A DNA stretch of 63,935 bases, counting the filler, from Hausera hauseri (Eukaryota): the NCBI GenBank assembly GCA_046269625.1. It is 11 parts of 11 records of this genome, joined end to end, with 100 filler letters (N's around TTAATTAATTAA, not from the genome) between each part and the next. Parts side by side here need not be neighbours in the genome. Positions count along the whole stretch, not along the records: positions 1 to 14,087 come from JBJURY010688771.1; 10 more parts are not named here. The stretch is one strand, 5' to 3'. Below are positions 1-13,284 of this stretch, in pieces. Under the pieces are notes generated by a model. It did no database searches and was not told the origin of the DNA. It was given only the letters and a program-made list of their open reading frames with translations. Made by a program: the position numbers and the translations under genes. Each line of letters begins with the position of its first letter. Positions within the stretch are counted from its first letter, which is position 1.

Positions 1-360
1 TTTTTTCACAAATTATTCCAGACCTTATCCGTCTTCTTATTTCCCTAAGAGCAACTCTGATTTTCTGTTTTTTTTTATTCAGTACAAATTTGCAGTGAAA
101 CAGATGTTTTTTTCACAAATTATTCCAGACCTTATCCGTCTTCTTATTTCCCTAAGAGCAACTCTGATTTTCTGTTTTTTTTTTATTCAGTACAAATTTG
201 CAGTGAAACAGATGTTTTTTTCACAAATTATTTCAAACCCTATTACACCTTTCTTCTTTCTTTGAGAAAAAAAAAAAAAAATTAAACCAACTACCTAGTT
301 ACATTACTCCCCCTTACCTCTCCCCTCTAATTCTTTTTTTCCTTAAGATTAGAGGGGGAA
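1..360. repeat. Mitochondrial control region: ~108-bp tandem repeat (2+ copies), poly-A run and stem-loop
   Basis: CACAAATTATT recurs at 7, 114, 223; hairpin CCCCTCTAAT (322-331) / ATTAGAGGGG (348-357). Confidence 0.8.
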
Positions 361-412
361 GGGGGTCTCAGGAATCTTTTCCTTTTAATTTTTTTAAATA
401 TAGCTATTATAG

Positions 413-1549
413 CTATTCGAGACTTATTTTAGGTTTACTGTTACTTAGGAAGTTGGTTGTTTTTTTTTTTAATAAAGGATAGCAGATAAAATAGCTAAAG
501 TAAAGGAATGACAAGGTTTGCCCTGTAATAATATAAGGGTCTTCTACTTTTTTTGCCCCAATTCAGGAAAGTAAGACAACAGTTGTCCTAAATCTCCAGA
601 ACAAGATTTGTTGTAGTGGGTTTGTAGAAAGAAGTTTATTAGTTCCGGAGAACAAAAAAGGTACTAAGTACAGTAAGAAAATAGAAGTGAAGAGAGCTAG
701 TACTCCTCCTAGTTTATTAGGAATAGCTCGTAAAATAGCATAAGCGAATAAGTAGTACCATTCAGGCTTGATATGAGTGGGGGATATTATAGGGTTGGCT
801 TTATTAAAATTTTCAGGGTCTCCCAGGAGGTCAGGAAAAAAAATAGCAAAAGAGAGTAGGAGCCAGATAACAATAAAACCTCTTAAGATATCTTTGACCG
901 TGAAGTAAGGGTGGAGAGGGATTTTTATTATGGAGGAGGAAAGCCCCATCGGATTGGTAGAACCTGTTTCATGAAGGTAAAAAATATGGAAGATAGCAAA
1001 AAGTAGAATAAGTATAGGGATTAAGAAGTGGAGTGCAAAAAAACGGGTAAGAGTAGGCCCTCTAACGGAGGCCCCTCCTCATAATCAGACTACAAGGGAG
1101 CTCCCTAAGTAAGGGATAGAAGAGAGTAGGTTGGTGATAACAGTAGCGCCTCAAAGAGATATTTGCCCTCATGGGAGAACGTAACCGAGGAAGGCAGCTG
1201 CTATAGTTAGAAGCAAAAGGGTGACTCCTATAAATCATGTTTTGAGGAGAGTAAAAGACCCATAATAAAGATTTCGTAAGATATGGATATATAAGCAAAA
1301 AAAAAAAAAAGAGGCTCCATTAGAGTGTAGGTTTCGTATTAATCAGCCTAACCCCACATCTTGTCTAATATGAAGGGTGCTCAAAAAAGCTAAAGAAATT
1401 TCGCTAGTGTAGTGGAAAGAGAGAAAAAGACCTGTTAAGATCTGGGAAAGTAAGCAAAACCTTAGGAGGGACCCTATATTTCATCAGAGAGAAATATTAC
1501 AAGGAGCCGGTATTCTAACCACAGAGGATTTTAAAAGACTAACTATTAT
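413..1549 (-). CDS. cob: Cytochrome b
   Basis: Code-5 translation has [32 protein letters not shown] and HIKPEWY; ends approximate. Confidence 0.95.
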
Positions 1550-1597
1550 TAAGATCTCTAAATTACAAAAATAGAATTTTTTTTTAAACTAATGAGT
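1545..1597 (-). tRNA. trnT: tRNA-Thr (TGT)
   Basis: Anticodon arm CTATTTTTGTAATTTAG on minus strand between cob and nad5. Confidence 0.6.
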
Positions 1598-1604
1598 CTA
1601 CCCC

Positions 1605-3299
1605 CTGGAGAAAGAAAGGATTTGAAGAAGGGTTTGAAGGTTTTTCTTTAGAAGAGTTTCTATTGTTTTTTTTTTAAAAAGGTTTCTAATAAAAGAGAGC
1701 TACTATCTAGAGTGAGTTATGCTGTTAAGAAGAAGAAGAAGAGAAATAAAATTTATTTTATATTTTGATTGAACTTCTTTATTGTTTTTTAGGGTAGTTT
1801 CTTTGATTTCTAGAGCTGTATTGCTTTTCAGGGGAAGGTATATAAGTAGAGATATAAAAGTACGCTCATTTATTATCTTGATTTTACTATTTGTTTTAAG
1901 AATGTTTTTTTTAATTTTTAGGTTGAATTTAATTAGGCTTTTACTAGGGTGAGATGGGCTGGGTTTAACATCTTACCTTCTGGTAATACACTATCAGAAT
2001 AGGAAAACAAGAGCAGCAGGGATAATTACTGCTTTAAGAAACCGAATCGGAGATGCTGCTTTAGTCGCTAGAGTAGCCTTATTTTTAGAATTCGGGAGAT
2101 GGGATATTTTTTCTTTCAAGGACTTGGATGAGAAGGTTTGTTGTTTACTTATATTGGCTTGCATTACCAAAAGAGCTCAGATCCCTTTTTCTGCCTGGTT
2201 GCCTGCAGCTATAGCTGCACCAACTCCTGTAAGCACGCTGGTTCATTCTTCTACTCTGGTTACGGCAGGGGTGTATTTATTAATTCGTTTTTACCCCTGA
2301 GTAAGAGAAAGATCTGCTATAATAGTGTTGATAATCTTGAGAGCAAGAACTTCTTTTATAGCTAGAATAAATGCTATTTGTGAAAGAGATTTAAAGAAAG
2401 TAGTAGCTTTCTCTACTTTAAGACAATTGGGGATTATGCTTTTTTCTCTAAGAGCAGGTTTCCCACAGTTAGCTTTTTTCCACTTGTTAATACATGCTTT
2501 TTTAAAAGCTTTATTATTTATATGTGGTGGAAAATTAATTCACGTTTTAGGGGAGGAACAGGACCTTCGAAAAATAAGAGGACTACTTTTCAATCTACCT
2601 ATTAGGAGAATATTGATAAATTTATCAAATCTAGCTTTGGCTGGTTTTCCTTTCTTAGCTGGTTTTTATTCTAAAGACTTATTAATAGAAGTTATGCTTA
2701 TAAAAGACCATAGAATTATTCTTTTAGGGGTTTATTTTAGCATAGTAGGTCTCACAGTTATTTATTCAATGCGATTGATCTACTTTTCTTTAGTAGGGAC
2801 AGTAAACTATATACCTTTTTTTTATAGGGAGGAGGAAGATAAAAAAGTGTTAAGTGCAAGATTGTTATTAGCTGTATTGACTTTAAGAGGAGGGGCTTTG
2901 TTATCTTGAGTTTTGGGGGGGAGTGTATCTGTTGTGATATTGTCTGTTTCTCTAAAGTATTTTGTGTGCTTAGGTGTTTTATTTGGAATCCTTCTAGGTA
3001 TTTGATTAATAACTTGGGAAGAGAGGGTAAAGAAGAGGTTGTTTAATTTTTTGTTTGTTGAAATAAATACCTATATATGGTATTTGCCTGTTTTAAGGGG
3101 GAGTAAAAGAGTGGGATTGATAGGAGGAGGCAGGGGTAAGGTTCATTTTTTAGAGAAAGGCTGATTTGAGTATTTTGGAGGGCAAGGGATTTCTAGGGGC
3201 TTATTAACTATAGCAGGGTTAGAAGGACAGTTTTCAAGGACTTTATTCAAGGACTTTTTATTTTTATTTATTTTTTTTGGGAGGATTTTAGGTCTCTAG
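1605..3299 (+). CDS. nad5: NADH dehydrogenase subunit 5
   Basis: [29 protein letters not shown] and FLAGFYSKD motifs; TAG at 3297-3299; start uncertain (CTG 1605 or ATT 1620). Confidence 0.93.
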
Positions 3300-3302
3300 A
3301 TA

Positions 3303-3358
3303 TTCAGTTCGAAAGTTTTATAAATATGATTTTGAAGCAATCAAGAAGAGGCATTCAT
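3303..3358 (+). tRNA. trnF: tRNA-Phe (GAA)
   Basis: Anticodon stem-loop TGATT-TTGAAGC-AATCA. Confidence 0.7.
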
Positions 3359-3397
3359 ATTTAAGACCACAACTTAATATTTTATTTAAATTACCTT
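3345..3397 (-). tRNA. trnH: tRNA-His (GTG)
   Basis: Minus-strand TTAAG-TTGTGGT-CTTAA anticodon arm just downstream of nad4. Confidence 0.7.
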
Positions 3398-4733
3398 AGT
3401 AAAATGTCAGAAGGAAAGAAGTAGGGATTAAGAATAAAGTGTTTAAAGGAAGTCAATGGAGTAATATTAATAAATGCTCTCGTAAGGTAAGGGAGGATGG
3501 AGAAAGGAAGAAAAAAGTTGATTTGTTGTGCTGGGTAGATCTAAAAAGATAAAGGGAGTAAACAGCAGCTATAAACACAAGAATTATTATAAAAGGTAAG
3601 AAAGAAAAGAAAGAAGCAGTTACTGCTGAAATGGTGTATAGCTCTCCAAGAAGGTTTAACGAAGGAGGGTTTGCTATATTACCAATACATAATAAGAATC
3701 ATCATAAAATAAAAGAAGGGAGGAGGAAAGAATTTTTAAATATAAATACATTTCGGCTAAGAGTACGTTCATATCTTATATTAGCAATACAAAATAAACC
3801 TGAAGAGCAAAACCCGTGCCCAACCATAATACTTTGGGCCCCTATCAAACCTCACCCGGAAAGGGAAAACACTCCTAAAGATACTAAAGACATATGAGCG
3901 ACAGAGGAGAGGGCAATTAGTATTTTAACATCTGTTTGAAATACACAGCTGACTCTAGCCAACACCCCTCCTAAGCAAGCCCAGGTCATAAAGAAAGAGT
4001 TCATAAAAGGGATAAGACTAAAAAGGAAAGTAGCTATACGAAAAATTCCGTAACCCCCTAGTTTTAGCAAAATAGCAGCTAAGATCATAGAACCTCTCAC
4101 AGGGGCTTCTACATGGGCTTTGGGGAGTCATATATGCGTAAAATATAAAGGTAGTTTAACTAAAAAGGCGAAAAACAGAAAGAAGGCCCATATTTGAGTC
4201 AGTAAAGAAAGTTTGAAATAAGTGTGAGGGAGGAAAAAGGAAGAGCTAGAAAATTGCTTATAGAGAATAAGTAAAGAGATTAATAATGGTAAGGAAGAAA
4301 ATAAGGTGTATATTAAAAGATATATTCTTGCTTGTTTGCGTTCTGGCTGGTAACCTCACCCTAGAATTAAAATAAAAGTAGGGATAATAGAAGCTTCAAA
4401 AAAAATATAAAAAGTTAGAAAGCTGTTTATGGAGAAAGCTAAAAGCAGAGTTAATAAAAGGGAAATAACTAAGGGATTGAATAATACTTGTGATTTCATT
4501 AAAAGAGAGTTTGATATACTAGCGAAAAGTAGACAGATAACAATATACAGTGTTAGTATACTTAAGGAGAAAGATAGGGAATCTAATAAAGAAAAAGAAG
4601 TTAAACTAGGAAGGTTTTTTAGGTCAAGAAGGAAAGATGACACACATCAAAGGCAAGAGAGTAAAAAAACCCTAGTCTTTACCCTGTTTGTGAAAACTAT
4701 AATTAAAAAAAGAGGGAGTAAAATTTTTATCAA
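3396..4733 (-). CDS. nad4: NADH dehydrogenase subunit 4
   Basis: [28 protein letters not shown] motifs; TAA at 3398-3396. Confidence 0.94.
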
Positions 4734-4736
4734 TAG

Positions 4737-5000
4737 CTATTTTAACAATAACAAATCCTTTCCTTTGGAGCGGACTATTGTTACCAGAATACTAAGCCCC
4801 AATGCTCCCTCACAGACTGCTGTCGCAAGAAAGTAAAAAACCCTAAATCTATCAGAGAGGGGTATAAAAAAGAAAAAAACAATGGATATATAGGTAGTTA
4901 GTATTAAGAATTCAATTCTAAGGAGGATAGACAAGAAATGTAATTCTATTTTAGAAAGAGTAAGGAGAGCTAAAGTAAATATAAGAATTAAAAAATATAT
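4737..5000 (-). CDS. nad4L: NADH dehydrogenase subunit 4L
   Basis: AVCEGALGLSILV motif; immediately upstream of nad4. Confidence 0.9.
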   Translation of the reverse strand: MYFLILIFTLALLTLSKIELHFLSILLRIEFLILTTYISIVFFFFIPLSDRFRVFYFLATAVCEGALGLSILVTIVRSKGKDLLLLK

Positions 5001-5004
5001 TTGA

Positions 5005-5060
5005 TAGGAGATATTTCTCTTCTTCAAAATCCAAATTTGATATTTTAAAAAACTATCTGG
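5005..5060 (-). tRNA. trnP: tRNA-Pro (TGG)
   Basis: Minus-strand TCAAA-TTTGGAT-TTTGA anticodon arm. Confidence 0.7.
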
Positions 5061-5560
5061 TTTTAGAGCTTGTCTTTTCTGTGAGTTGTTGCTTGATCTC
5101 TGCAATAGTTCTAGTTTTAGAAAGCCCTCATTGAATGGTTTTGAGATTAATTTGCCAGACCCTTTTTTTTTCTATCCTAATCAGGTTGTATAAAAGGGCA
5201 ATTTATAGTTATATTCTGATTTTAGTATTTATAGGGGGTTTATTAGTAGTATTTACATATGTAGGAGGGTTAACAATAAATATATCCTTGGAGTATTATT
5301 TAAATAGCGTATTTTTTAAGTACATGTTTTTACCTATTTTTCTTTTTGGTTTTTTCCTTTATTGACAATTAGGAGAGGGGGAAGGGGGTCTCAGGGAGGT
5401 TTTATTAGGAGAGGGTCTTTTTAGAGAAGAATTCTATAGAATTGGCTTCGAATGAAGGTTAAATTCTTTTGCTTATTGTATTATCTATTTACTCTTAACT
5501 TTTTTTTGTATTTGTTGACTTGTAAAAGGCAAAGAAGGACCGTTACGGCGTTTAGGTTAA
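5057..5560 (+). CDS. nad6: NADH dehydrogenase subunit 6
   Basis: YILILVFMGGLLVVFTY and C-terminal GPLR motif; TAA 5558-5560; start approximate. Confidence 0.9.
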
Positions 5561-5620
5561 AGCTGTTTAGCTATTGAAGTATATGTTTTGAAAACATAAG
5601 ATAAGTTTACTTAGCAGCTT
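5560..5620 (+). tRNA. trnS2: tRNA-Ser2 (TGA)
   Basis: Acceptor stem AAGCTG...CAGCTT; anticodon arm TATGT-TTTGAAA-ACATA. Confidence 0.8.
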
Positions 5621-6635
5621 GATAAATTAAGTTTATTTTATAAAGTTAAAAGGTCCTTACGTACTATTATAACTTAACCTTACCCAGAAGATAGAAACTA
5701 ACCTGGCTCACACCGGTCTGAACTCAAATCATGTGACTTTTTAAAGGTCGAACAGACCTACCCTTGCGATCTCTGCTTCTGTAGGCTACGTCAATTCAAC
5801 ATCGAGGTCTTAATCTTCTCTGTTAATAAGGTCTTTCAAGAGAAATAAAGCTGTTATCCCTAGAGTACCTATTTGTTTTTTATAAAGCTAGTTATATTCC
5901 TTCAGTAGGTTAAGTTTCAAACTGTTTTGGATTTTATCTCCCCAATAAAATATCATTATAAAGGTTCTAGGGTCTTGTCGTCTTTCTGGGAAGCGAGAGC
6001 TTTTTTACTATCCTATCAATTTCATTGATAAAAGGAAAGAAAGAATTTATTTCGTCCAGCCTTTCATACAAGCCGCCAATTAAGTGACAAATGATTATGC
6101 TACCTTAGCACAGTCAGAATACTGCGGCTCTTTAAAATTCAGTGAGCAGGCGAGACCTGCGGTAGACACAGGAGATGTTTTTGTTAAACAGGCGAAAAAT
6201 AGGTTTGCCGAGTTCTTTTCCTTGGTAATTGAATTTGAGAGTGCTTTTTTTTCAACAAGATTAAGAATTACTTATAGGTTTATTATTAAGTATTGAAGAA
6301 GTTTTTAGGACCAGTGAAAAGTAAGAGGATATTTTAAATCTAGTTTGCCAAAGCAGTTCAGAAAATTTTTCTCAAAAAGAGAAGAAAGGTTTCCTTTCCT
6401 TAGTGAAAATAAAGAATTACTTGAAAGTAAAGTGAAAGGTACTCAGGTATAATACAATGTTAAAGTATCTTTTCTACAAAAAAATTGATTTACAATATGC
6501 TACTTGTAGAAAGAATTTAAGTAGCTCTGTATGGTTCGGATTGGGCTTCCTTAGGGTTTAAACCTTCCTGATACCAAAGGTAGAAATTTTTAAAATTTAA
6601 ATTTTTTAACCTTTACAGTAAATATATAATAACAC
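5621..6635 (-). rRNA. rrnL: Mitochondrial large subunit (16S) rRNA
   Basis: Contains conserved CCGGTCTGAACTCAAATCATGT and TTTTTGTTAAACAGGCG 16S sites on the + strand; ends approximate. Confidence 0.95.
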
Positions 6636-6697
6636 CCTTGCTTCGGTTTACCCTCCTTTTCAGTGTAAATGAACTGTAACAGTTACTGCCTGTGTAA
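6635..6697 (-). tRNA. trnV: tRNA-Val (TAC)
   Basis: Minus-strand TTCATTTACACTGAA, typical arthropod trnV anticodon arm. Confidence 0.65.
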
Positions 6698-6746
6698 ATT
6701 TTATTTCCTTAAGCTTCAAAACCTTATGTGCAAAACACCTTACGAA
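6695..6746 (-). tRNA. trnQ: tRNA-Gln (TTG)
   Basis: Minus-strand GGTGTTTTGCAC D-arm and TAAGG-TTTTGAA-GCTTA anticodon arm. Confidence 0.65.
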
Positions 6747-6800
6747 GATAAGCTATCTAAGCTACTGGGCTCATACCCCACTGAAGAAATATTTATTTGA
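6745..6800 (+). tRNA. trnM: tRNA-Met (CAT)
   Basis: ATAAGCTA..TAAGCTA.TGGGCTCATACCCCA canonical mitochondrial trnM. Confidence 0.88.
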
Positions 6801-7796
6801 ACTTTACTCCCTAAAATTGGCTTGGGGGTTGGGGTGTTTAGAGGAGCCTTAATTACTATCTTAAGAAGGAGGTGATTAGGTGTCTGAGCGGGATTTGAGA
6901 TAAATACTCTGTGTTTTATTTGCTTAATTAGGCTACCTTTGAAATACCAAAAAGAAGCGAGGATGAAATATTTTATTATTCAAGCTTTTAGGTCTTATAT
7001 ATTACTGTTTAGTGGTTTATTTATTCTTGAAGGGCAGAAATACCTTAGGGTTACTTTAAGATTGGCCTTGCTTTTAAAGAGGGGAGCAGCCCCTTTCCAT
7101 TTTTGATACCCAACGGTTGCTGAGGAGTTAGAATGAGCTTACTATTGAATACTAAGTTCTTTGCAGAAGTTAAGTCCTTTGGTTGTGCTTATGTACTGTA
7201 TAAGGTTTCTTCCTAGATTATTGTTGTATTTTAGTCTTTTATTAAGATGCCTTGTTGGGGCGTATTCCAGCTTTAATGAGTTGGCACTACGTAAATTACT
7301 AGCTTATTCTTCCATCCATCACTTGGGATGGATTTTTTTTCCTATGTTAGAAGAAAGAAATATTTGATTGATTTATTATTTGATTTACTGTGCCACAAGA
7401 GGTTTTGTAATTTTAAAACTAGATAGTTTAAGAATTTTTAGCTTTATCCAGTTTTCCAGAATCAAACTAAGGGGTTTGTTTAAAGTGTGTTTAGTTTTAA
7501 GACTTTTATCTTTAGGGAGTTTTCCCCCTCTGTTAGGATTTTACCCTAAATGACTTTTACTCCAAGAAAGGTTTTCGTGAGGCCCAATGGTAATTCTCTA
7601 CCTTATACTACTTCTAAGGGTAATTCTTCTTTATGTTTATCTTCATTTTAGGGTAGGTGTATTCTTATTAGCCTCCTACAGTTCTTTCTTGAAAAAAAGA
7701 GAGGTGAAACCTTTAAATAAAGTATTATTAACCATCTGCCTGCTTAATTTGTTTGGTTTTTATTTGAGAAGGAGATTCTCCAGGTTTTTGCAATAA
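6795..7796 (+). CDS. nad2: NADH dehydrogenase subunit 2
   Basis: WAGFEMN, KSGAAPFHFW, KLLAYSSIHHLGW, LGSFPPLLGFYPKW in code 5. Confidence 0.93.
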
Positions 7797-7832
7797 TGCT
7801 CTCTTTGATTTGCAATCAAATAATAAAAACCT
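7784..7832 (-). tRNA. trnC: tRNA-Cys (GCA)
   Basis: Acceptor AGGTTTT/AAAACCT; minus-strand TTTGA-TTGCAAA-TCAAA. Confidence 0.7.
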
Positions 7833-7876
7833 TCTGCAGGTTTACAACCCACCGCTTTAGAATAAGCTATTGTATT
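7828..7876 (-). tRNA. trnY: tRNA-Tyr (GTA)
   Basis: Minus-strand GGGTTGTAAACC anticodon arm before cox1. Confidence 0.7.
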
Positions 7877-9410
<1,534 letters not shown>

Positions 9411-9412
<2 letters not shown>

Positions 9413-9471
9413 CAGGGCAGCAGTAGAGTGCAAAGGAGTTAAGATCCTTATATGACTAAGGTCCCTTCTGA
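9411..9471 (+). tRNA. trnL2: tRNA-Leu2 (TAA)
   Basis: GGCAG..AGTGC D-arm and AGGA-GTTAAGA-TCCT between cox1 and cox2. Confidence 0.75.
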
Positions 9472-10154
9472 TATCAGAGGGGGGTAAATTAGGGTTTCAA
9501 GAGGGAAGCACCCCGGTTATAGAACAAGTAATTTGATTCCACGATTATATCATAATTGTTCTTATTCTAGTGATGGTTTTGGTAGGGTGGGTGTTAGGAA
9601 GAGCTATTTCAAACTCTTTTGTTAATCGATTTTTACTAGAAAACCAAGTAGTAGAAGTATTATGAACTGTACTCCCTGCAGTAGTATTATTGTTTATTGC
9701 TTTCCCTTCCTTGCGTTTGCTTTATATGATAGATGAGGTCCATCAGCCTTTTTTAACTTTAAAGGCGATTGGGCACCAATGGTACTGGAGCTATGAGTAC
9801 ACGGATTTTAAGGAGATAAGGTTTGATTCTTATATAATTTTAGAAAAAGATTTGCAAAAAAGAGGGTTCCGAAGATTGGACGTAGACCACCGGGCTGCAA
9901 TTCCTTTTTTAACACAAACTCGGGTTTTGGTAACATCGGCAGATGTTATCCATTCTTGGGCTTTACCTAGCTTGGGTGTTAAAGTGGACGCTGTCCCAGG
10001 ACGGTTGAATCAAGTGAGAATCTTCTGTACCCATAGGGGGGTTTACTTTGGGCAGTGTTCAGAAATTTGTGGGGCAAACCATAGGTTTATACCAGTAGTG
10101 GTGGAAAGAATCCCTTCTAAAAAGTTTCTGGCCTGGGTCTTAAAAATATCCTAG
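9471..10154 (+). CDS. cox2: Cytochrome c oxidase subunit II
   Basis: GHQWYWSYEY, DVIHSW, GQCSEICGANH CuA motif. Confidence 0.97.
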
Positions 10155-10202
10155 CGGTGTGGCTGAGGAGAAGCAAGAGATTTTTACTTTCTAGACGGGA
10201 GA
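10153..10202 (+). tRNA. trnK: tRNA-Lys (TTT)
   Basis: TGGCTGA..AAGCA D-arm then AGAGA-TTTTTAC-TTTCT. Confidence 0.65.
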
Positions 10203-10250
10203 AGTTAGTTTACTAAAAATACAAGGTTGTCAATCTTGAGAAGGAGAATA
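10198..10250 (+). tRNA. trnD: tRNA-Asp (GTC)
   Basis: TTAGTTTA..AAAA D-arm, CAAGG-TTGTCAA-TCTTG. Confidence 0.75.
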
Positions 10251-10403
10251 CCTCAGATAATACCTTTGCCTTGGGTTGGGCTGTATCTGTTAACAATATT
10301 CTTAGTATTACTAACAGCGACCCACCTTTATTTTACTTTAGAGAACAAAAGGCTGGTGCGAACCTGTGGAAAGCTTCGAGTGGAGGGAAGGTGGTGTTGA
10401 TAA
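10248..10403 (+). CDS. atp8: ATP synthase F0 subunit 8
   Basis: MPQMMPLPW N-terminus, 156 bp, 7-nt overlap (TTGATAA) with atp6. Confidence 0.9.
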
Positions 10404-11065
10404 CCAATTTGTTTCTATCTTTTGACCCCTCTTCGGTCTGGGGTGGGAGACTGAATTGAAGGATTTTGGTCTTAGTCTTTCTTAGATATCCCTTAAATAA
10501 AGGGTTAGAAAAAGCCCGTTGGGGGGCAATAATTGCAAAAGTATCTATTTCTTTAGCCAAAGAAGTTGCTATTTTGCTCCCAAGGAAATCAAAAGCCATT
10601 ACTTTTATTTTACTATCTTTGTTTACTTGGGTGTTAGTTAATAATAGAAGAGGCTTATTACCTTGGGTTTTTACCAGAACCAGACATCTTGCCATTAGCT
10701 TAAGCCTTAGGCTACCTTTATGAACAGGTCTTTACTTACAAGGTTGATTTTCTAGTTCCACTGCTATACTAGCCCACCTGGTTCCCCTAGGGACCCCAAA
10801 AGGTCTAATACCTTTTATAGTGTTAATTGAAAGGGTGAGAGGGCTTATCCGTCCTCTGACTTTAGCTGTTCGGTTGAGAGCCAATTTGATTGCAGGGCAT
10901 TTATTACTTACCCTTCTTAGAAGATCTGTAAATTTTTGGTCTTGGGGAGAAAGAACAAGAGTATTAAGAGGGCAAGTTTGTCTTATTCTCTTAGAGATAG
11001 CTGTAGCAGTTATCCAGGCTTATGTATTTATAACCTTAAGGGCTTTGTATGCTAGAGAAGTCTAG
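10397..11065 (+). CDS. atp6: ATP synthase F0 subunit 6
   Basis: MTNLFLSFDP start; IRPLTLAVRLSANLIAGHLL; LEMAVAVIQAYVF. Confidence 0.95.
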
Positions 11066-11852
11066 ATGATAAAAACCCACCACCCTTACCATTTGGTGGA
11101 TCCTAGCCCCTGGCCTCTCACTAGATCCCTGAGGGCTTTCCTAATAACATCGGGGATGATCCAGTGGTTATATTTAAGAAGGTTAAAATTATTATTAGTA
11201 GGGTTAGTTAGCTTAATTCTATCAATAACCCAGTGATGGCGGGATGTGGTTCGTGAAAGTACTTTTCAAGGGTTACATACTTTAAAGGTCCAAAAAGGAC
11301 TGAAGTGAGGGATAGTTTTATTTATTATTTCAGAGGTTTTGTTTTTTTTTTCTTTTTTTTGGGCTTTTTTTCACAGAAGGCTGAGGCCTTGTATTGAAGT
11401 AGGTGAAATATGACCCCCTAAAGGAATTACCCCTTTCAACCCTTACCATATTCCTTTATTAAATACAGCTATTTTACTGGCTTCTGGGGCTACTGTAACC
11501 TGAGCTCACCATAGCCTTCTTTATCAAGAACATAGTGAGGCTTTTTTAGGATTAAGGACCACTATTTTTTTAGGGGTGTATTTCACTAGGTTACAAGGGT
11601 TGGAATACTACGAGGCCCCTTTTACTATTGCAGATTCTGTCTATGGCTCCACTTTTTTTGTTACAACAGGGTTCCACGGGCTTCATGTACTTATTGGCAC
11701 TAGCTTTCTAGGGGTGTGTATATTTCGATTGATCAGGGCTCATTTTTCATCCGACCATCATTTTGGGCTAGAAGCCGCTATTTGGTACTGACATTTTGTA
11801 GACGTAGTATGGTTGGCTTTGTATATCTCTATCTATTGATGAGGGGGAAGTT
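11066..11852 (+). CDS. cox3: Cytochrome c oxidase subunit III
   Basis: [30 protein letters not shown]; incomplete T stop before tRNA. Confidence 0.96.
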
Positions 11853-11910
11853 ACCTTAGTAGTATAAAAAGTACAGCTGGTTTCGATCCAGAAGGTTTAT
11901 AAAAGATTAG
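11853..11910 (+). tRNA. trnR: tRNA-Arg (TCG) at the ancestral trnG position
   Basis: CTGG-TTTCGAT-CCAG anticodon arm; D-arm TAGTATAAAAAGTAC. Confidence 0.75.
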
Positions 11911-12257
11911 GGCTCTAGTAGTTTTCAGAGGTATTTTGACCGTCATTCTTGCCAGGGTCTCATGGGTTTCTTTCAGGTTGGGTAAAAAGAGAGAGAGGGA
12001 GCGGGACAATCTCTCCCCTTTTGAATGTGGGTTTGATCCTTGGGGAAGAGGACGTCTAGTGTTCTCTGTGCGGTTTTTTTTAATTGCTATGGTTTTTCTG
12101 ATCTTTGATGTGGAAATTGCATTGCTCTTACCCCTCCTTCCTCTTTTACACACCTTAAGTTGAGGGGTTTGAGAAAGGCTAAGAGGAGGGTTTGTCCTGG
12201 TATTGCTTCTGGGGTTTTTTTTGGAGTGGGAGAAAGGGGTTTTCGAGTGGAAAGAAT
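11906..12257 (+). CDS. nad3: NADH dehydrogenase subunit 3
   Basis: [29 protein letters not shown]. Confidence 0.95.
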
Positions 12258-12312
12258 GCTGTATTAGTTTAATAAAACACCTGATTTGCATTTAGGAGAC
12301 GCGACAGCTAAG
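12257..12312 (+). tRNA. trnA: tRNA-Ala (TGC)
   Basis: TAGTTTAA..AAAAC D-arm, CCTGA-TTTGCAT-TTAGG. Confidence 0.78.
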
Positions 12313-13225
12313 TAATGCAAAAAGAAAACAATAAAGCTGCAAGAGAAAAAGGTAGAAAAACTTTTCAAGCCAAATGTATCAATTTATCATACCGTAGGCG
12401 GGGGAGAGTAGCACGGGTTCAAATAAACCTAAACAGAACCAAAGAGGTCTTGAAACTATTTCTTACCCCTATGGGAGAAGGAGAGAGGAATAAAACGGTG
12501 AATAAATACCTTATAAAAAGAACCCTTCTGTATTCAGCAAGAAAAAATATTACAAAAGGTCTTGCCCTAAATTCAGTGTTAAATCCCGAGACCAGTTCGG
12601 ATTCGCCTTCGGCAAAATCAAAAGGGGTGCGCTGGGTCTCTGCCAAGGCAGAAGTAAACCAGATCAAGGCTAGAGGTCCAAATAAGGTAATCCCCCACTG
12701 AGAACCAGGGGGGTAGAATGAGTTTAATCTATAAGAGGTTTTTAAGATTATTAAACTAAGGGTCAATAAAGCAAACCTCACCTCATAAGAGATGGTCTGA
12801 GCCACAGCACGAAGTCTTCCTAATAAGGGGAATTTGGAATTAGAGGCCCAACCGGATCATAACACTGGGTAAACCCTTACAGATAAACAACAGAAAATAA
12901 AGATCACAGCCAAGGTGAGGTCCACCCTCCCAAAAGGGGAGGGGTATGAAAATCACACCACCAAACTCACCAGTAACCTCAAGCAAGGGCTAAAAGCAAA
13001 GAGCATAAAGTTTTTAGAGCAGAAGGCAGCAGGCTCTTTGAATAATAATTTTAAAGCATCCCTGAAAGGTTGGAGAACCCCTATTGCCGCTGTTTTATTA
13101 GGGCCCTTGCGAAGTTGTCTATATCTTAAGATTTTTCGCTCAAATAACGTAAGGAAAGCCACCCTGATTAAAACACACACTAGCAAGATACTTAAGTTAA
13201 ACAAAGGGGTGAAAACTTTAATCAA
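12308..13225 (-). CDS. nad1: NADH dehydrogenase subunit 1
   Basis: QLRKGPN, AQTISYEV, RTPFDFAEGESELVSGFN. Confidence 0.96.
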
Positions 13226-13282
13226 GTAAAGCCAAATCAGCGGCAAACCTTTGTTACAGGCTTAATTGTTTATAGGTTTAGT
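13226..13282 (+). tRNA. trnN: tRNA-Asn (GTT), probable
   Basis: AAGCCAAA..GGC D-arm and CCT-TTGTTAC-AGG. Confidence 0.55.
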
Positions 13283-13284
13283 TC

